A stretch of 64,000 nucleotides of DNA from Eubacteriales bacterium. Lineage in GTDB: Bacteria > Bacillota > Clostridia > Oscillospirales > CAG-272. The position numbers were made by a program, and so were the translations under genes. The notes beneath the pieces were generated by a model, which saw nothing but the letters and a program-made list of their open reading frames with translations, was not told the origin of the DNA and did no database searches. Where the stretch lies: NCBI GenBank assembly GCA_045660785.1, contig JAZREL010000076.1, positions 594 through 64,593 of the forward strand, written 5' to 3'. Below are positions 1 to 9,662 of this stretch, in pieces; positions within the stretch are counted from its first letter, which is position 1; every line of letters begins with the position of its first letter.

Positions 1-2
1 AC

Positions 3-1211
3 CCTGAAACAGGTGAAGATGATGAACGTCATGCAAGCGATACTGAGCCATTCTCAGCACTTGCATTTAAGATTATGACAGACCCATTCGTAGGAAAGCT
101 CTGCTTCTTCCGCGTATATTCAGGTTCTGTACAAGCAGGTACAAGCGTGTATAACTCCTGCAAGGATAAGAACGAAAGATTCGGACGTATCCTCCAAATG
201 CACGCAAACGACAGAAAAGATATCGATATTTGCTACGCAGGTGATATTGCCGCAGTTGTAGGCGTTAAGAATACAACAACAGGTGATACATTCTGTGACG
301 AAAAGTATCCTATCATTCTTGAATCAATGGAATTCCCTGAGCCGGTTATCAGCGTTGCTGTTGAACCAAAGACTAAGGCAGGTCAAGAAAAGATGGGTAT
401 TGCTCTTTCTAAGCTCGCTGAGGAAGACCCAACGTTCAAGACTTACACCGACGAAGAAACCGGACAAACTATCATCGCTGGTATGGGTGAGCTTCACCTT
501 GAAATCATCGTTGACCGTTTGCTCCGTGAATTTAAGGTTGAGGCAAATGTAGGTAAGCCACAGGTTGCTTATAAGGAAACAATCCGTAGAGAAGCAAATG
601 TTGACCACAAATATGCTCGTCAGTCTGGTGGTAAGGGTCAATACGGTCACGTTAAGATCATTATGGAGCCAAACGAGCCGGGCAAGGGATACGAGTTCAT
701 CAACAAGGTTGTTGGTGGTGCTATTCCAAAGGAATACATCCCATGCGTTGATGCAGGTATTCAAGCAGCTTCACAAACAGGTGTACTTGCTGGCTACAAC
801 GTTGTAGACTTTAAGGTTACACTTTATGATGGTTCATACCACGAGGTTGACTCATCTGAAATGGCGTTCAAGATTGCCGCTTCAATGGCATTCAAGGAAG
901 CTATGAGAAAAGCAGATCCAGTTCTTACAGAGCCAATCGTTAAGGTTGTTGTTGTAACTCCTGACGATTACATGGGCGACGTAATCGGTAGCTTGAACTC
1001 ACGCCGTGGACAAATTCAATCCATGGACCCAGTAGCAGGTGCACAACAAATCACCGCTATGGTTCCTCTCGCTGAAATGTTTGGTTACGCAACAACACTT
1101 CGTTCCACAACACAAGGTAGAGGTAACTACTCAATGGAGCCAGATCACTTTGCTGAGGTTCCAAAGAACATCCAAGAGCAAATTATGGCAGCTCGCGGAA
1201 AGAACAACTAA
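3..1211 (+). CDS. fusA: Elongation factor G, C-terminal ~400 aa (5' end lies outside the window)
   Basis: The frame is open from the window edge (nt 3: [33 protein letters not shown]...). The sequence is typical of EF-G domains II-V, and tuf follows directly as in the str operon. Confidence 0.97.
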   Translation, partial: PETGEDDERHASDTEPFSALAFKIMTDPFVGKLCFFRVYSGSVQAGTSVYNSCKDKNERFGRILQMHANDRKDIDICYAGDIAAVVGVKNTTTGDTFCDEKYPIILESMEFPEPVISVAVEPKTKAGQEKMGIALSKLAEEDPTFKTYTDEETGQTIIAGMGELHLEIIVDRLLREFKVEANVGKPQVAYKETIRREANVDHKYARQSGGKGQYGHVKIIMEPNEPGKGYEFINKVVGGAIPKEYIPCVDAGIQAASQTGVLAGYNVVDFKVTLYDGSYHEVDSSEMAFKIAASMAFKEAMRKADPVLTEPIVKVVVVTPDDYMGDVIGSLNSRRGQIQSMDPVAGAQQITAMVPLAEMFGYATTLRSTTQGRGNYSMEPDHFAEVPKNIQEQIMAARGKNN

Positions 1212-1265
1212 TTTAGTTCCCAATTAAAAAAATAAAAATAATTTAATTTTTGGAGGAAAATTCAA

Positions 1266-2468
1266 ATGGCTAAGCAGAAATTTGAAAGAACAAAACCCCA
1301 CGTAAACATTGGTACTATCGGTCACGTTGACCATGGTAAGACCACACTTACAGCTGCAATCACAAAGACACTTTCACTCAACGGCGGTGCTGAGTTCATG
1401 GACTACAGCCAAATCGACAACTGCCCAGAGGAAAGAGCAAGAGGTATCACAATCAACTCACGTCACGTTGAGTACGAGACAGCTAACCGTCACTACGCTC
1501 ACGTTGACTGCCCAGGCCACGCTGACTATGTAAAGAACATGATCACTGGTGCTGCTCAGATGGACGGCGCTATCCTCGTTGTTGCTGGTACAGACGGCCC
1601 TATGGCTCAAACTCGTGAACACATGCTTCTCGCTCGTCAGGTAGGCGTTCCTGCTCTTTGCGTATTCATCAACAAGTGTGATGACGTAGACGACCCAGAA
1701 CTTCTCGACCTCGTTGAGATGGAAATTCGTGACCTTCTTTCTGAGTATGAATTCCCAGGCGATGACATTCCGATCGTTCGTGGTTCAGCAAGAAACGCTC
1801 TTATGAGCTCAAACAACGACACATCTGCTCCTGAGTATGCTTGCATTCTCGAGCTTATGGAAGCAGTAGACAACTACATCCCAACTCCAGACAGAAAGGC
1901 TGACATGCCATTCCTTCTCCCAGTTGAGGACGTATTCTCAATCTCTGGCCGTGGTACAGTTGCTACAGGTAGAGTAGAGCGTGGTACAGTTAAGATGGCT
2001 GACGAAGTTGAAATCGTTGGTCTTGCAGACGAGTCAAGAAAGACTGTTATTACAGGTATCGAAATGTTCCATAAGCTTATGGACAGCGCTGAAGCTGGTG
2101 ATAACGTTGGTCTTCTTCTCCGTGGCGTTAACAAGAACGACATCGAAAGAGGTCAAGTTCTTTGTAAGCCAGGTTCAATCCAACCTCACACAAAGTTTGT
2201 AGGTCAAGTTTACGTTCTTACTGAAAAGGAAGGCGGCCGTTCAAAGCCATTCTTCACAAACTACAGACCTCAGTTCTATATCAGAACAACTGACGTTACA
2301 GGTATCATCAACCTTCCAGAAGACGTTGACATGGCTAAGCCTGGTGACAACGTAACTATGACTGTTGAGCTCATCACTCCTATCGCTATCGAAAAGCAAC
2401 TCCGTTTTGCTATTCGTGAGGGTGGTAGAACAGTTGGTTCAGGTACTGTATCTGAAATCCTTGCTTAA
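1266..2468 (+). CDS. tuf: Elongation factor Tu
   Basis: 400 aa with [17 protein letters not shown] and NKCD GTPase motifs. A GGAGG RBS lies upstream. Confidence 0.98.
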   Translation: MAKQKFERTKPHVNIGTIGHVDHGKTTLTAAITKTLSLNGGAEFMDYSQIDNCPEERARGITINSRHVEYETANRHYAHVDCPGHADYVKNMITGAAQMDGAILVVAGTDGPMAQTREHMLLARQVGVPALCVFINKCDDVDDPELLDLVEMEIRDLLSEYEFPGDDIPIVRGSARNALMSSNNDTSAPEYACILELMEAVDNYIPTPDRKADMPFLLPVEDVFSISGRGTVATGRVERGTVKMADEVEIVGLADESRKTVITGIEMFHKLMDSAEAGDNVGLLLRGVNKNDIERGQVLCKPGSIQPHTKFVGQVYVLTEKEGGRSKPFFTNYRPQFYIRTTDVTGIINLPEDVDMAKPGDNVTMTVELITPIAIEKQLRFAIREGGRTVGSGTVSEILA

Positions 2469-2489
2469 TTAGTTTACTAATTATATAAA

Positions 2490-2520
2490 AAAGAGCTTCC
2501 TCGGAAGCTCCTTTTTTCTT
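2490..2520 (+). terminator. Intrinsic terminator after tuf
   Basis: gagcttcc/ggaagctc hairpin followed by a T-run. Confidence 0.8.
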
Positions 2521-2529
2521 TTCAATTTC

Positions 2530-2558
2530 TTGACAAAAAGTGAAATTTGCAGTACAAT
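2530..2558 (+). promoter_or_regulatory. Sigma-A type promoter (TTGACA-17-TACAAT)
   Basis: Exact -35 TTGACA at 2530-2535, a 17-nt spacer, and TACAAT at 2553-2558, about 35 nt upstream of the SGNH hydrolase ATG. Confidence 0.6.
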
Positions 2559-2592
2559 TAATATGTAATTATTAATTTTAGGAAGTAAATAA

Positions 2593-3666
2593 ATGAATTA
2601 TTTTGATACCTACGTTTCTAATTCTTTGGCTCCGTCAAGCAATCAATCATACTTTTTAAGCGGAGAAAAATGCATTTCTCGCAGCTTTTATAAGGTGAAA
2701 AACGGCGGAAAATTCGAGTATTCCTTCGTTTATTCTAATGTAATTTACTCAACGTTTGCAGACGGAAGTCACTCAAAAGCAAATCTCAAATGCGATAAAT
2801 GGGCAATTTCAAGCTTAAAGGCACTCGTTGTTGACGCTAAAACACGTGATTTTTCAAACCCAAAAATTACTCGCGAATATCAGCTTACCTTTGACGGTAA
2901 AATCTCAAAGGAGATAGAAATAGAGGGTGAAATTTATACCGACGGAATAGTGATAAATGCCGAAAAGAACGATTATATCTGCCTTGAAATGGAGTTCTCG
3001 GGCGATGGGAAAATGCCGTATTTTGAGGAAATTTGGATTCCCGCCTACCGCTTTGTTGACGGAAAATGGGTAGAAAGCAACCGCACTCCGCTTTCAAATA
3101 TGATTGGTGTAAAGCGCGATGTTAAGAGAAAAATCGGCTTCCTTGGTGATTCTATTACCGAGGGAATAGGCACGCCAAAAAACTCATATGAATGGTGGAA
3201 TGCAGAAATTGCCGAGCTTTCGGGTGAGGAAAATTCTTGCTATAATTTAGGAATTGGATTTGGCAGAGCCGATGATATTGCAAGTGACGGAATTTGGCTT
3301 CAGCGCGCAAAGGGACTTGACATTGTTACCCTCTGTGCAGGCGTAAACGATATTTGCCAGGGCTATACAGCGGAAAAAATCAAGGAAAATCTCACTAAAA
3401 TAGTAAACATTCTTACAAAAAACGGCGTAAGAGTTATTCTTTTCACAGTGCCACCATTTGATTATAATGAAGAACGACGCGAAAAATGGAACGACGTTAA
3501 CAATTATATTAATAATACACTGTCAAAAACAGTCGAGGTTTTTGACACCGTTTCCATATGGGGGCAGGATGCACCAAACGAGCATTGTGCGCGCTATGGC
3601 GGACATCCAAACTCGGAAGGAAGCTTGGCTCTTGCCAAGGAGTTTATAAAGCGTGAATTTTTCTAA
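2593..3666 (+). CDS. SGNH/GDSL-family hydrolase with an N-terminal domain of unknown function
   Basis: GFLGDSITEG (block I GDS), GVNDI (block III) and a C-terminal GGHPN block. The first ~170 aa are unassigned. Confidence 0.8.
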   Translation: MNYFDTYVSNSLAPSSNQSYFLSGEKCISRSFYKVKNGGKFEYSFVYSNVIYSTFADGSHSKANLKCDKWAISSLKALVVDAKTRDFSNPKITREYQLTFDGKISKEIEIEGEIYTDGIVINAEKNDYICLEMEFSGDGKMPYFEEIWIPAYRFVDGKWVESNRTPLSNMIGVKRDVKRKIGFLGDSITEGIGTPKNSYEWWNAEIAELSGEENSCYNLGIGFGRADDIASDGIWLQRAKGLDIVTLCAGVNDICQGYTAEKIKENLTKIVNILTKNGVRVILFTVPPFDYNEERREKWNDVNNYINNTLSKTVEVFDTVSIWGQDAPNEHCARYGGHPNSEGSLALAKEFIKREFF

Positions 3667-3737
3667 TTTCATCCCGCGGTGTTTGCAATTTTTAAGCTCA
3701 CTTTATAATGTATCATGCTGACAAGCTGAAAAAGAAT

Positions 3738-3776
3738 AAAAATAGCTGATTTTATTAAAAAATCAGCTATTTTCTT
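3738..3776. terminator. Bidirectional terminator between the convergent SGNH hydrolase gene and spoIVA
   Basis: A 12-bp perfect stem atagctgatttt/aaaatcagctat, flanked by an A-run and a T-run. Confidence 0.75.
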
Positions 3777-3860
3777 ATTATTTATATATGAACGAATTAA
3801 CATATGTGCATATAATTATACAAGTTTTGGCAAAATTTGACACAAAATTTTGCTCTTAAA

Positions 3861-5327
3861 TTAAAGCAAAATGCAAATCAAACCGTTTGCCCCCTCGTTT
3901 ATCACCCGTGAGAGTGTGCTTGAAAGCTTCTTTTGTGAATCGTCTGAAATATGCTCAAGCTTTGCGTGCAAGCTGTCGTTTATTAATTCGTAAAGTGATT
4001 TTCCAAGCATATTCGATTCCCAAAGATGTCCCGGATCGTTTTCGTACTCGCTTAGCATGCTTGATACAATTTCCTCACCTTGGTCACCCGTGCCTACCAT
4101 AGGGCTTATCTCCGTATTAATCTCCGCACGTATCAGATGGATTGACGGTGCGGAGGCGCGAAGCTTCACACCGTAACCGCCCGCCTGCTTAACCATTTCG
4201 GGCTCCTTAAGCGCCATATCCTCAATTTTTGGAAGCACAATGCCGTAGCCCGTTTCGTTAACCGACTTTATTGCATCACTGTATCTTTCGTATTCCTTTT
4301 TTACCTCGGCAAGCTCCTTAATATTTAGGAACAAATCCTCGTCGTTATTTATCTCAATTTCGCAAATTTCACTCATAATTTGGTAGTAAAGCTCCGGCTT
4401 CAAGGAAATTTCAACCTCAACCTCGCCACTTCCAAGGTCGCTTTTAACACTCGGCTCACTAAGTACGTTTTCATTTTCGGAAAGCGAAAGACCAATGCTT
4501 CTTGCATCGTCAATTTTATTTGCCCCGCTTACTGCATCCCTAATGCTTGAAAGTAAGCTTGCGCGCAGCCAATGACTGTTTTCAAGTGAAGAAACGTAGC
4601 TTGGCAGCATAAATTTAATTTCATTAATATTAAACTGTCCTAATATCAAGCGGAAAATGCCCTCGAAATCCTCGTTTGATAGCTCCATCGCGTTTATCAA
4701 GGCAACGGGTGAGCCATATTTTTCCTCAAGGGAAACTGCAAGCTCGCGCGCCTCGTCGCTTTCGGGATTTTTTGAGTTTAAAACAATTACAAACGGCTTT
4801 TTAATTGACTTCAGCTCGTTTATCACTCGCTCCTCGGCAACCTCGTATGCGCTTCGCTCAATTTCACCAATTGTAGCGTCGGTTGTTAAGACAATTCCAA
4901 CCGTTGAATGGTCGCAAATTACCTTTTTTGTGCCAAGCTCCGCCGCGCGCTCAAACTCCATCGGCTTTTTGTCCCAAGGTGTTTGCACCATTCTTGGGCC
5001 GTTTTCGTCCTCACCGCCAAGGGCACCGTCAATCATATAGCCAACGCAGTCAATGAGCCGCACGCTCATTTCGGTATTTTCAATTGAAATTTTTACCGCC
5101 TCGTCGGGAATAAACTTCGGCTCAGTCGTCATTATTGTCTTGCCCGAGCCGCTTTGTGGGCTCTCATCACGTGCGCGCTCCCTGTCGTATTCCGCCTCAA
5201 TGTTGGGAATAACCATTAAGTCCATCAGCTTTTTAACAAAGGTTGATTTTCCGCTTCTCACCGGGCCAACCACACCTATGTAAATTTCATTGTTTGTTCG
5301 ACGCGCTATATCCTCGTATATATTCAT
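3861..5327 (-). CDS. spoIVA: Stage IV sporulation protein A (spore coat morphogenetic ATPase)
   Basis: 488 aa. The N-terminus MNIYEDIARRTNNEIYIGVVGPVRSGKSTFVKK carries the Walker A motif and is characteristic of SpoIVA. Confidence 0.95.
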   Translation of the reverse strand: MNIYEDIARRTNNEIYIGVVGPVRSGKSTFVKKLMDLMVIPNIEAEYDRERARDESPQSGSGKTIMTTEPKFIPDEAVKISIENTEMSVRLIDCVGYMIDGALGGEDENGPRMVQTPWDKKPMEFERAAELGTKKVICDHSTVGIVLTTDATIGEIERSAYEVAEERVINELKSIKKPFVIVLNSKNPESDEARELAVSLEEKYGSPVALINAMELSNEDFEGIFRLILGQFNINEIKFMLPSYVSSLENSHWLRASLLSSIRDAVSGANKIDDARSIGLSLSENENVLSEPSVKSDLGSGEVEVEISLKPELYYQIMSEICEIEINNDEDLFLNIKELAEVKKEYERYSDAIKSVNETGYGIVLPKIEDMALKEPEMVKQAGGYGVKLRASAPSIHLIRAEINTEISPMVGTGDQGEEIVSSMLSEYENDPGHLWESNMLGKSLYELINDSLHAKLEHISDDSQKKLSSTLSRVINEGANGLICILL

Positions 5328-5358
5328 AAACCACCCGTCCTTTAGTAAGATTTATTAA

Positions 5359-5387
5359 ACAATATTCGCATAATGCGCAAAATATGC
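5359..5387 (-). promoter_or_regulatory. Candidate SigE-type promoter for spoIVA (weak)
   Basis: The minus strand reads GCATATT-14 nt-AATATTGT. The -35 fits the kmATATT consensus, but the -10 matches CATACAmT at only 4 of 8 positions. Confidence 0.3.
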
Positions 5388-5389
5388 AA

Positions 5390-5420
5390 AAAAAGCACAC
5401 TCAAAACGAGTGTGCTGATT
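5390..5420 (-). terminator. Intrinsic terminator of the upstream membrane-protein genes
   Basis: agcacactc/gagtgtgct hairpin, with a T-run on the minus strand. Confidence 0.75.
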
Positions 5421-5433
5421 TTAATTGTACTGT

Positions 5434-5793
5434 TCATATAACTCCTAATGATAAAAGAAACAGAAAAACAAGCCCACAAACGGCTACGGCAAAGAAAGCA
5501 ATTAAAACAATCTCAATTATTAAGGCAATCATTGAGGTAATGTAGCCAACCTTGCCAAACGGTGAGCGCTCCTTGTTTCTTTTGAGGTCAAAGGAAGCGA
5601 AAATCAAGCCGATAAACGGATATAATATCGCAAATGGCATAGAAAAAGTGGCAACGTAGGACGCAAGTGAGAGAATTCCAAAAACCATTGAAACTATACC
5701 AAACGGCTTGTAATAATGCTTTTTTTCGATAATTTCTACGCCTTCCTCGCTTAAATCCACAAAATCGCCCGTATATACTGTATTGCTGTCCAT
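5434..5793 (-). CDS. Small integral membrane protein (3-4 TM), function unknown
   Basis: 119 aa. Hydrophobic segments follow a short acidic N-terminus. It is paired with a similar upstream gene. Confidence 0.6.
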   Translation of the reverse strand: MDSNTVYTGDFVDLSEEGVEIIEKKHYYKPFGIVSMVFGILSLASYVATFSMPFAILYPFIGLIFASFDLKRNKERSPFGKVGYITSMIALIIEIVLIAFFAVAVCGLVFLFLLSLGVI

Positions 5794-5801
5794 AAAATCT
5801 C

Positions 5802-6287
5802 CTAAAAATTAAGATTAATGCCGAAAATTCCTAAAAACCAGCTGATAAAGCCCTTGAATGTGCCCATAATAAAGTTGTACGGCTCGGGATTTATGTATAC
5901 TGTGTATATTCCAAAGCAGAACAAAAGAATAGAATAAACAAGCGTTACGAAAATAACGATAAAGGTTGCAAGCGTACAAACCATACCGATGAGCGAAACG
6001 CCGCGCTTGCCGTTTTTCTTTCTGTCAACTACATAAAAAATAAGACCGAGAAGAATAAAGAAAATCTGGACGGGAATTAAGCCAATGAGCGCAAATGGCA
6101 AGGAAAGTGACGTGAAAATAAGAGATAAAATCGCCAAAGCGCGCGGCTCCTTTTTCTTACGGTTACGTTTATCGCGCTTTTTTACCTCAACTATCTCACT
6201 CGGCGGCACAACGCTAAGTGCGCCACTTTCTTCAACTGAAATTGGCAAATCAGCGTCCTTTTCTTCATTTATTTTAATGTTATCCAT
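5802..6287 (-). CDS. Integral membrane protein, paralogue-like of the downstream gene
   Basis: 161 aa. A charged N-terminus with a KKRDKRNRKKK patch is followed by 4 TM segments. Confidence 0.6.
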   Translation of the reverse strand: MDNIKINEEKDADLPISVEESGALSVVPPSEIVEVKKRDKRNRKKKEPRALAILSLIFTSLSLPFALIGLIPVQIFFILLGLIFYVVDRKKNGKRGVSLIGMVCTLATFIVIFVTLVYSILLFCFGIYTVYINPEPYNFIMGTFKGFISWFLGIFGINLNF

Positions 6288-6427
6288 AATACCTCGCGAA
6301 AAATAAAATATCTATTTATATAATATCATATTTTTTAAAAAAGTCAACATAGGCGTTATGCAAAACGCAAAAAAGAATATAAAATACTCAAAAGGCGAAT
6401 AACGGCAAGACAAAAGGGCGAATTCTC

Positions 6428-6456
6428 TTGACATAGTGGCGTATATATGATATAAT
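6428..6456 (+). promoter_or_regulatory. Consensus sigma-A promoter (TTGACA-17-TATAAT)
   Basis: Both hexamers are perfect with a 17-nt spacer, located 34 nt upstream of the 6490 ATG. Confidence 0.7.
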
Positions 6457-6489
6457 AATTGAAAATATTTTTGAAAGGACATTTTTTTA

Positions 6490-7827
6490 ATGGACGCAGA
6501 CCCTAGTAATACTAATATTATTCCACTCTTTATGGCAAGCTTTGGCGCAAGGGAAATCGGCTTTATTGCCGCAATGGTGATTTTGCTTATTTTCTCCGCA
6601 TTTTTCTCATCAACCGAAACAGCATTTACTTCATTTAATAAAATAAGAATGAAGAATCTTGCACAAAACGGAAGCAAGCGTGCTAACCTCGTTACAAAAA
6701 TTGAAAGCAAATACGACAGATTTTTGACGAGCGTGCTTGTTGGAAATAATATAGTAAATATCACTCTTTCATCAATAGCAACACTTTTCTTTATAGGACT
6801 CTTTACTGACGTGGTTGAAGACCCAAGCAGCTTAGGTTCAACGGTTGCAACAGTTGTTATTACAGTTGCAGTATTAATTTTCGGTGAAATTACTCCGAAG
6901 GTTATTGCAAGACAAAACGCCGATAAAATGGCAATGCTTTTAGCGCCGTTTATCAATGTTGTAATCATAATTTTAATGCCACTTAGCGTAATTTTCGGCG
7001 CTTGGAGCAAGCTTCTTTCTAAAATCTTCCGCTCAAAGGAGCAGACAGCTTATACTGAAGAGGAGCTTATTACCATAGTTGACGAGGCAGAGGAGGACGG
7101 CACTCTTGAATCTGAGGAGGGTGACCTTATCCGTTCAGCCATTGAATTCAACGACGTTTGCGCAGGCGATATCCTCACACCGCGTGTCGATATTTGCGCA
7201 ATTTCCAAGGATGAATCAGTTCCAAACATCGCAAAAATATTTATTGAAAATGCATATTCCCGTCTGCCTGTTTACGACGAGGATCTTGACGATATTATCG
7301 GTATTTTGCACGAAAAGGATTTCTTTATCGCATACCATAATAACAATAAAACAATCACAAAGCACTTAAAAAAACCCGTGCACGTGTCTGAACACATCAA
7401 AATTGCAGACCTGCTTCAGGTTCTTAAATCCAAAAAATGCCATATGGCTGTCGTTGTTGACGAGTTCGGCGGCACTATGGGTATTGTCACAATGGAGGAT
7501 ATTATCGAGGAGCTTATCGGTGACGTTTTTGACGAGCACGATGAAATCTCCGAGGATTATAAGGAGCTGCCCGACGGAAGCTTTATCGTACAATGCTCAA
7601 CTGAGCTTGATAATTTCTTTGAGAAGTTTGGCATTGAGATAAACAGTGACGAGGATATGCCTCAAACACTAAACGGCTTCATTATGAAGGAGCTTGAAAC
7701 CTTCCCACACGTTGGCGACGTAATTTTCTATCAGGGCTTGCGCCTTGAAATCAAGAAAATCGGTCCAAAGCGTATTGAGAAAGCACACGTATCTAAAATA
7801 GAAGAAGAGGAAAAAGGTGCAGAATAA
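6490..7827 (+). CDS. CNNM/HlyC-CorC family transporter-associated protein (DUF21 + CBS pair + CorC_HlyC)
   Basis: 445 aa. It has an N-terminal 4-TM DUF21 domain (FFSSTETAF), a CBS pair region and a C-terminal transporter-associated domain. Confidence 0.9.
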   Translation: MDADPSNTNIIPLFMASFGAREIGFIAAMVILLIFSAFFSSTETAFTSFNKIRMKNLAQNGSKRANLVTKIESKYDRFLTSVLVGNNIVNITLSSIATLFFIGLFTDVVEDPSSLGSTVATVVITVAVLIFGEITPKVIARQNADKMAMLLAPFINVVIIILMPLSVIFGAWSKLLSKIFRSKEQTAYTEEELITIVDEAEEDGTLESEEGDLIRSAIEFNDVCAGDILTPRVDICAISKDESVPNIAKIFIENAYSRLPVYDEDLDDIIGILHEKDFFIAYHNNNKTITKHLKKPVHVSEHIKIADLLQVLKSKKCHMAVVVDEFGGTMGIVTMEDIIEELIGDVFDEHDEISEDYKELPDGSFIVQCSTELDNFFEKFGIEINSDEDMPQTLNGFIMKELETFPHVGDVIFYQGLRLEIKKIGPKRIEKAHVSKIEEEEKGAE

Positions 7828-7839
7828 GCACCTTTTTTC
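7812..7839 (+). terminator. Intrinsic terminator (stop codon lies in the loop)
   Basis: aaaaggtgc/gcacctttt hairpin plus a T-run. Confidence 0.7.
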
Positions 7840-7893
7840 AAGGAATACCACCGCAAAGCTTGAAGACGCGCGGTGAAATCAACAGGAGATAAT

Positions 7894-8466
7894 ATGAACG
7901 TTTACGATTTTGACGGCACGATTTATCACGGCGACAGCTCATTTGATTTCTTTCGCTTTTGCCTTAAAAAGTACCCAAAAACAATAAAAAACCTCCCCAG
8001 GTGTCTGTTTTTCGGTGCTTTATACGGCTTGAGAATTATCAAAAAAATCAAATTCAAGCAGAAATTTTTCCACCTCGTTACCTACATTGACGATATTGAC
8101 AGAGCAGTGGTTGAGTTTTGGGACCAAAACGAAAAAAAGATACATAAATGGTATTTGGCACAAAAGAAATCAAGCGACGTTATTATTTCTGCCTCGCCCG
8201 AGTTTTTACTTGAGCCAATTTGTACCCGTCTTGGTATAGGCACTCTTATGGCATCGAAAACCGATAAGCACACAGGCCTTTTTGATGGCAAAAATTGCCA
8301 TGGAGAAGAAAAGGTGCGCCGTTTTAGAGAGCTTTTTCCGAATGACGAGGTTGACGAGTTCTATTCCGATTTATATTGCGACACCCCAATGGCGCGCGAG
8401 GCAAAAAGCGCGTATATCGTGAAGGGGGAAAAGCTTACTCCTTGGAAGGAATCAAAGCTAAAATAG
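7894..8466 (+). CDS. HAD-IB family hydrolase
   Basis: The DFDGT motif sits at the N-terminus (MNVYDFDGTIYHGDS). I moved the start from the tracked GTG 7873 to ATG 7894, which lies just downstream of an AGGAGA RBS. Confidence 0.8.
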   Translation: MNVYDFDGTIYHGDSSFDFFRFCLKKYPKTIKNLPRCLFFGALYGLRIIKKIKFKQKFFHLVTYIDDIDRAVVEFWDQNEKKIHKWYLAQKKSSDVIISASPEFLLEPICTRLGIGTLMASKTDKHTGLFDGKNCHGEEKVRRFRELFPNDEVDEFYSDLYCDTPMAREAKSAYIVKGEKLTPWKESKLK

Positions 8467-8486
8467 ACACTCCCCGAGCAAAAAAC

Positions 8487-8518
8487 AAAAAACGGATGCA
8501 AACGCATCCGTTTTTTTT
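8487..8518. terminator. Bidirectional terminator
   Basis: cggatgc/gcatccg stem flanked by an A-run and a T8 run, between convergent genes. Confidence 0.8.
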
Positions 8519-9026
8519 ATGCAAATCTTTTCATAACCTTATAAAGCGGCTTAATCAAAAACGACATTGCGAAATTACCAATCAAGGAAAGAATATCAAA
8601 CGGTATTCCAACTAAATACCAAGTAATCATACCCTGAAAACTAAGTCCGTACAAAATCGCTTGTCCGGGTGTATATAAAAGTCCAAAGGTAATTCCGTGC
8701 AAGGAGCAGAAGACTGTTGCAAGGATAAACTTTACTTTGTTGGGCGCGTTTTTTGGAACAAGCATCATAAGCATCCACAGCGGTGTCCATACGTAAAGGT
8801 ACGGAATCCACCACGGCGCAAGTCCTGCATAAACACCCATTAAGCCAACGTAAACGTATAAGGGGATAAGCGCCTTCCACCTGTAAATCAGTGTAAACAA
8901 GGCAATAAACATAGCAATTGCGTGTATGTTTGGAAGTGCCTCCATCAAAAGGTCGGAAAGGAACATAATAGTGCCAAGCATAGCAAAAACTATTAGCTCC
9001 TTAACCATAAGCTTTGTTTTTTTCAT
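8517..9026 (-). CDS. Small polytopic membrane protein, possibly an ECF-transporter S component
   Basis: 169 aa with 5-6 TM segments and a size typical of S components. Its start codon directly abuts the ppiB stop. The substrate cannot be told from sequence. Confidence 0.45.
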   Translation of the reverse strand: MKKTKLMVKELIVFAMLGTIMFLSDLLMEALPNIHAIAMFIALFTLIYRWKALIPLYVYVGLMGVYAGLAPWWIPYLYVWTPLWMLMMLVPKNAPNKVKFILATVFCSLHGITFGLLYTPGQAILYGLSFQGMITWYLVGIPFDILSLIGNFAMSFLIKPLYKVMKRFA

Positions 9027-9497
9027 TTAGATTAAAGTAACCTTTTTCATTCTCATATCAATAACGGGTCTGTCGCGGAAATCAGTCTTAACGCCTGCAA
9101 TCTCGTCAACAACCTCAATGCCGGATACAACCTTGCCAAACGCCGCATACTGACCGTCAAGGAACTTGCCGTCCGCGTGCATAATGAAAAATTGGCTTGA
9201 TGCCGAGTTCATATTTTGGCTTCTCGCCATTGAAATAACGCCGCGTACGTGTGAAATATCGTTCTTTACGCCGTTAGCTAAGAACTCACCCTTGATGTTT
9301 TCGTCGCTTCCGCCGCAGCCGGTGGCTGTTGGGTCACCTCCCTGAATCATAAAGCCCGCAATAACTCTGTGGAAAATAAGACCGTCGTAAAATCCGCCTG
9401 CTATAAGCTTTTTGAAGTTAGCGCAGGTAATAGGCGCCTTGTCCTCGTAAAGCTCAATGTCGATAATTCCGCCGTTTTCCATTTCTATTCTTACCAT
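9027..9497 (-). CDS. ppiB: Peptidyl-prolyl cis-trans isomerase, cyclophilin type
   Basis: FHRVIAGFMIQGGDP and SMARS...SQFFI cyclophilin motifs are present. I set the start at the ATG (MVRIEM) behind a GAGGTG RBS. Confidence 0.93.
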   Translation of the reverse strand: MVRIEMENGGIIDIELYEDKAPITCANFKKLIAGGFYDGLIFHRVIAGFMIQGGDPTATGCGGSDENIKGEFLANGVKNDISHVRGVISMARSQNMNSASSQFFIMHADGKFLDGQYAAFGKVVSGIEVVDEIAGVKTDFRDRPVIDMRMKKVTLI

Positions 9498-9662
9498 AAT
9501 AGTCACCTCGAAAAAAATTTATATATTAATTGTAGCAGAGAAGCGTGCAAAAGTCAAATAAAAAAGAAAATTTTTCTTTTGTGTTTAATATTTTTCACTT
9601 TATGGAAATATAACTAAAACAGCCATACAGGTGCGGTTTAACCATATTAACGAGGTGAAGCT

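Noticed and set aside
6312-7010. 232-aa minus-strand ORF overlapping the CNNM/HlyC gene and its promoter.
   Set aside because: It is antisense to a confidently identified gene. Its product is low-complexity and hydrophobic, typical of a shadow ORF, with no RBS or motif.
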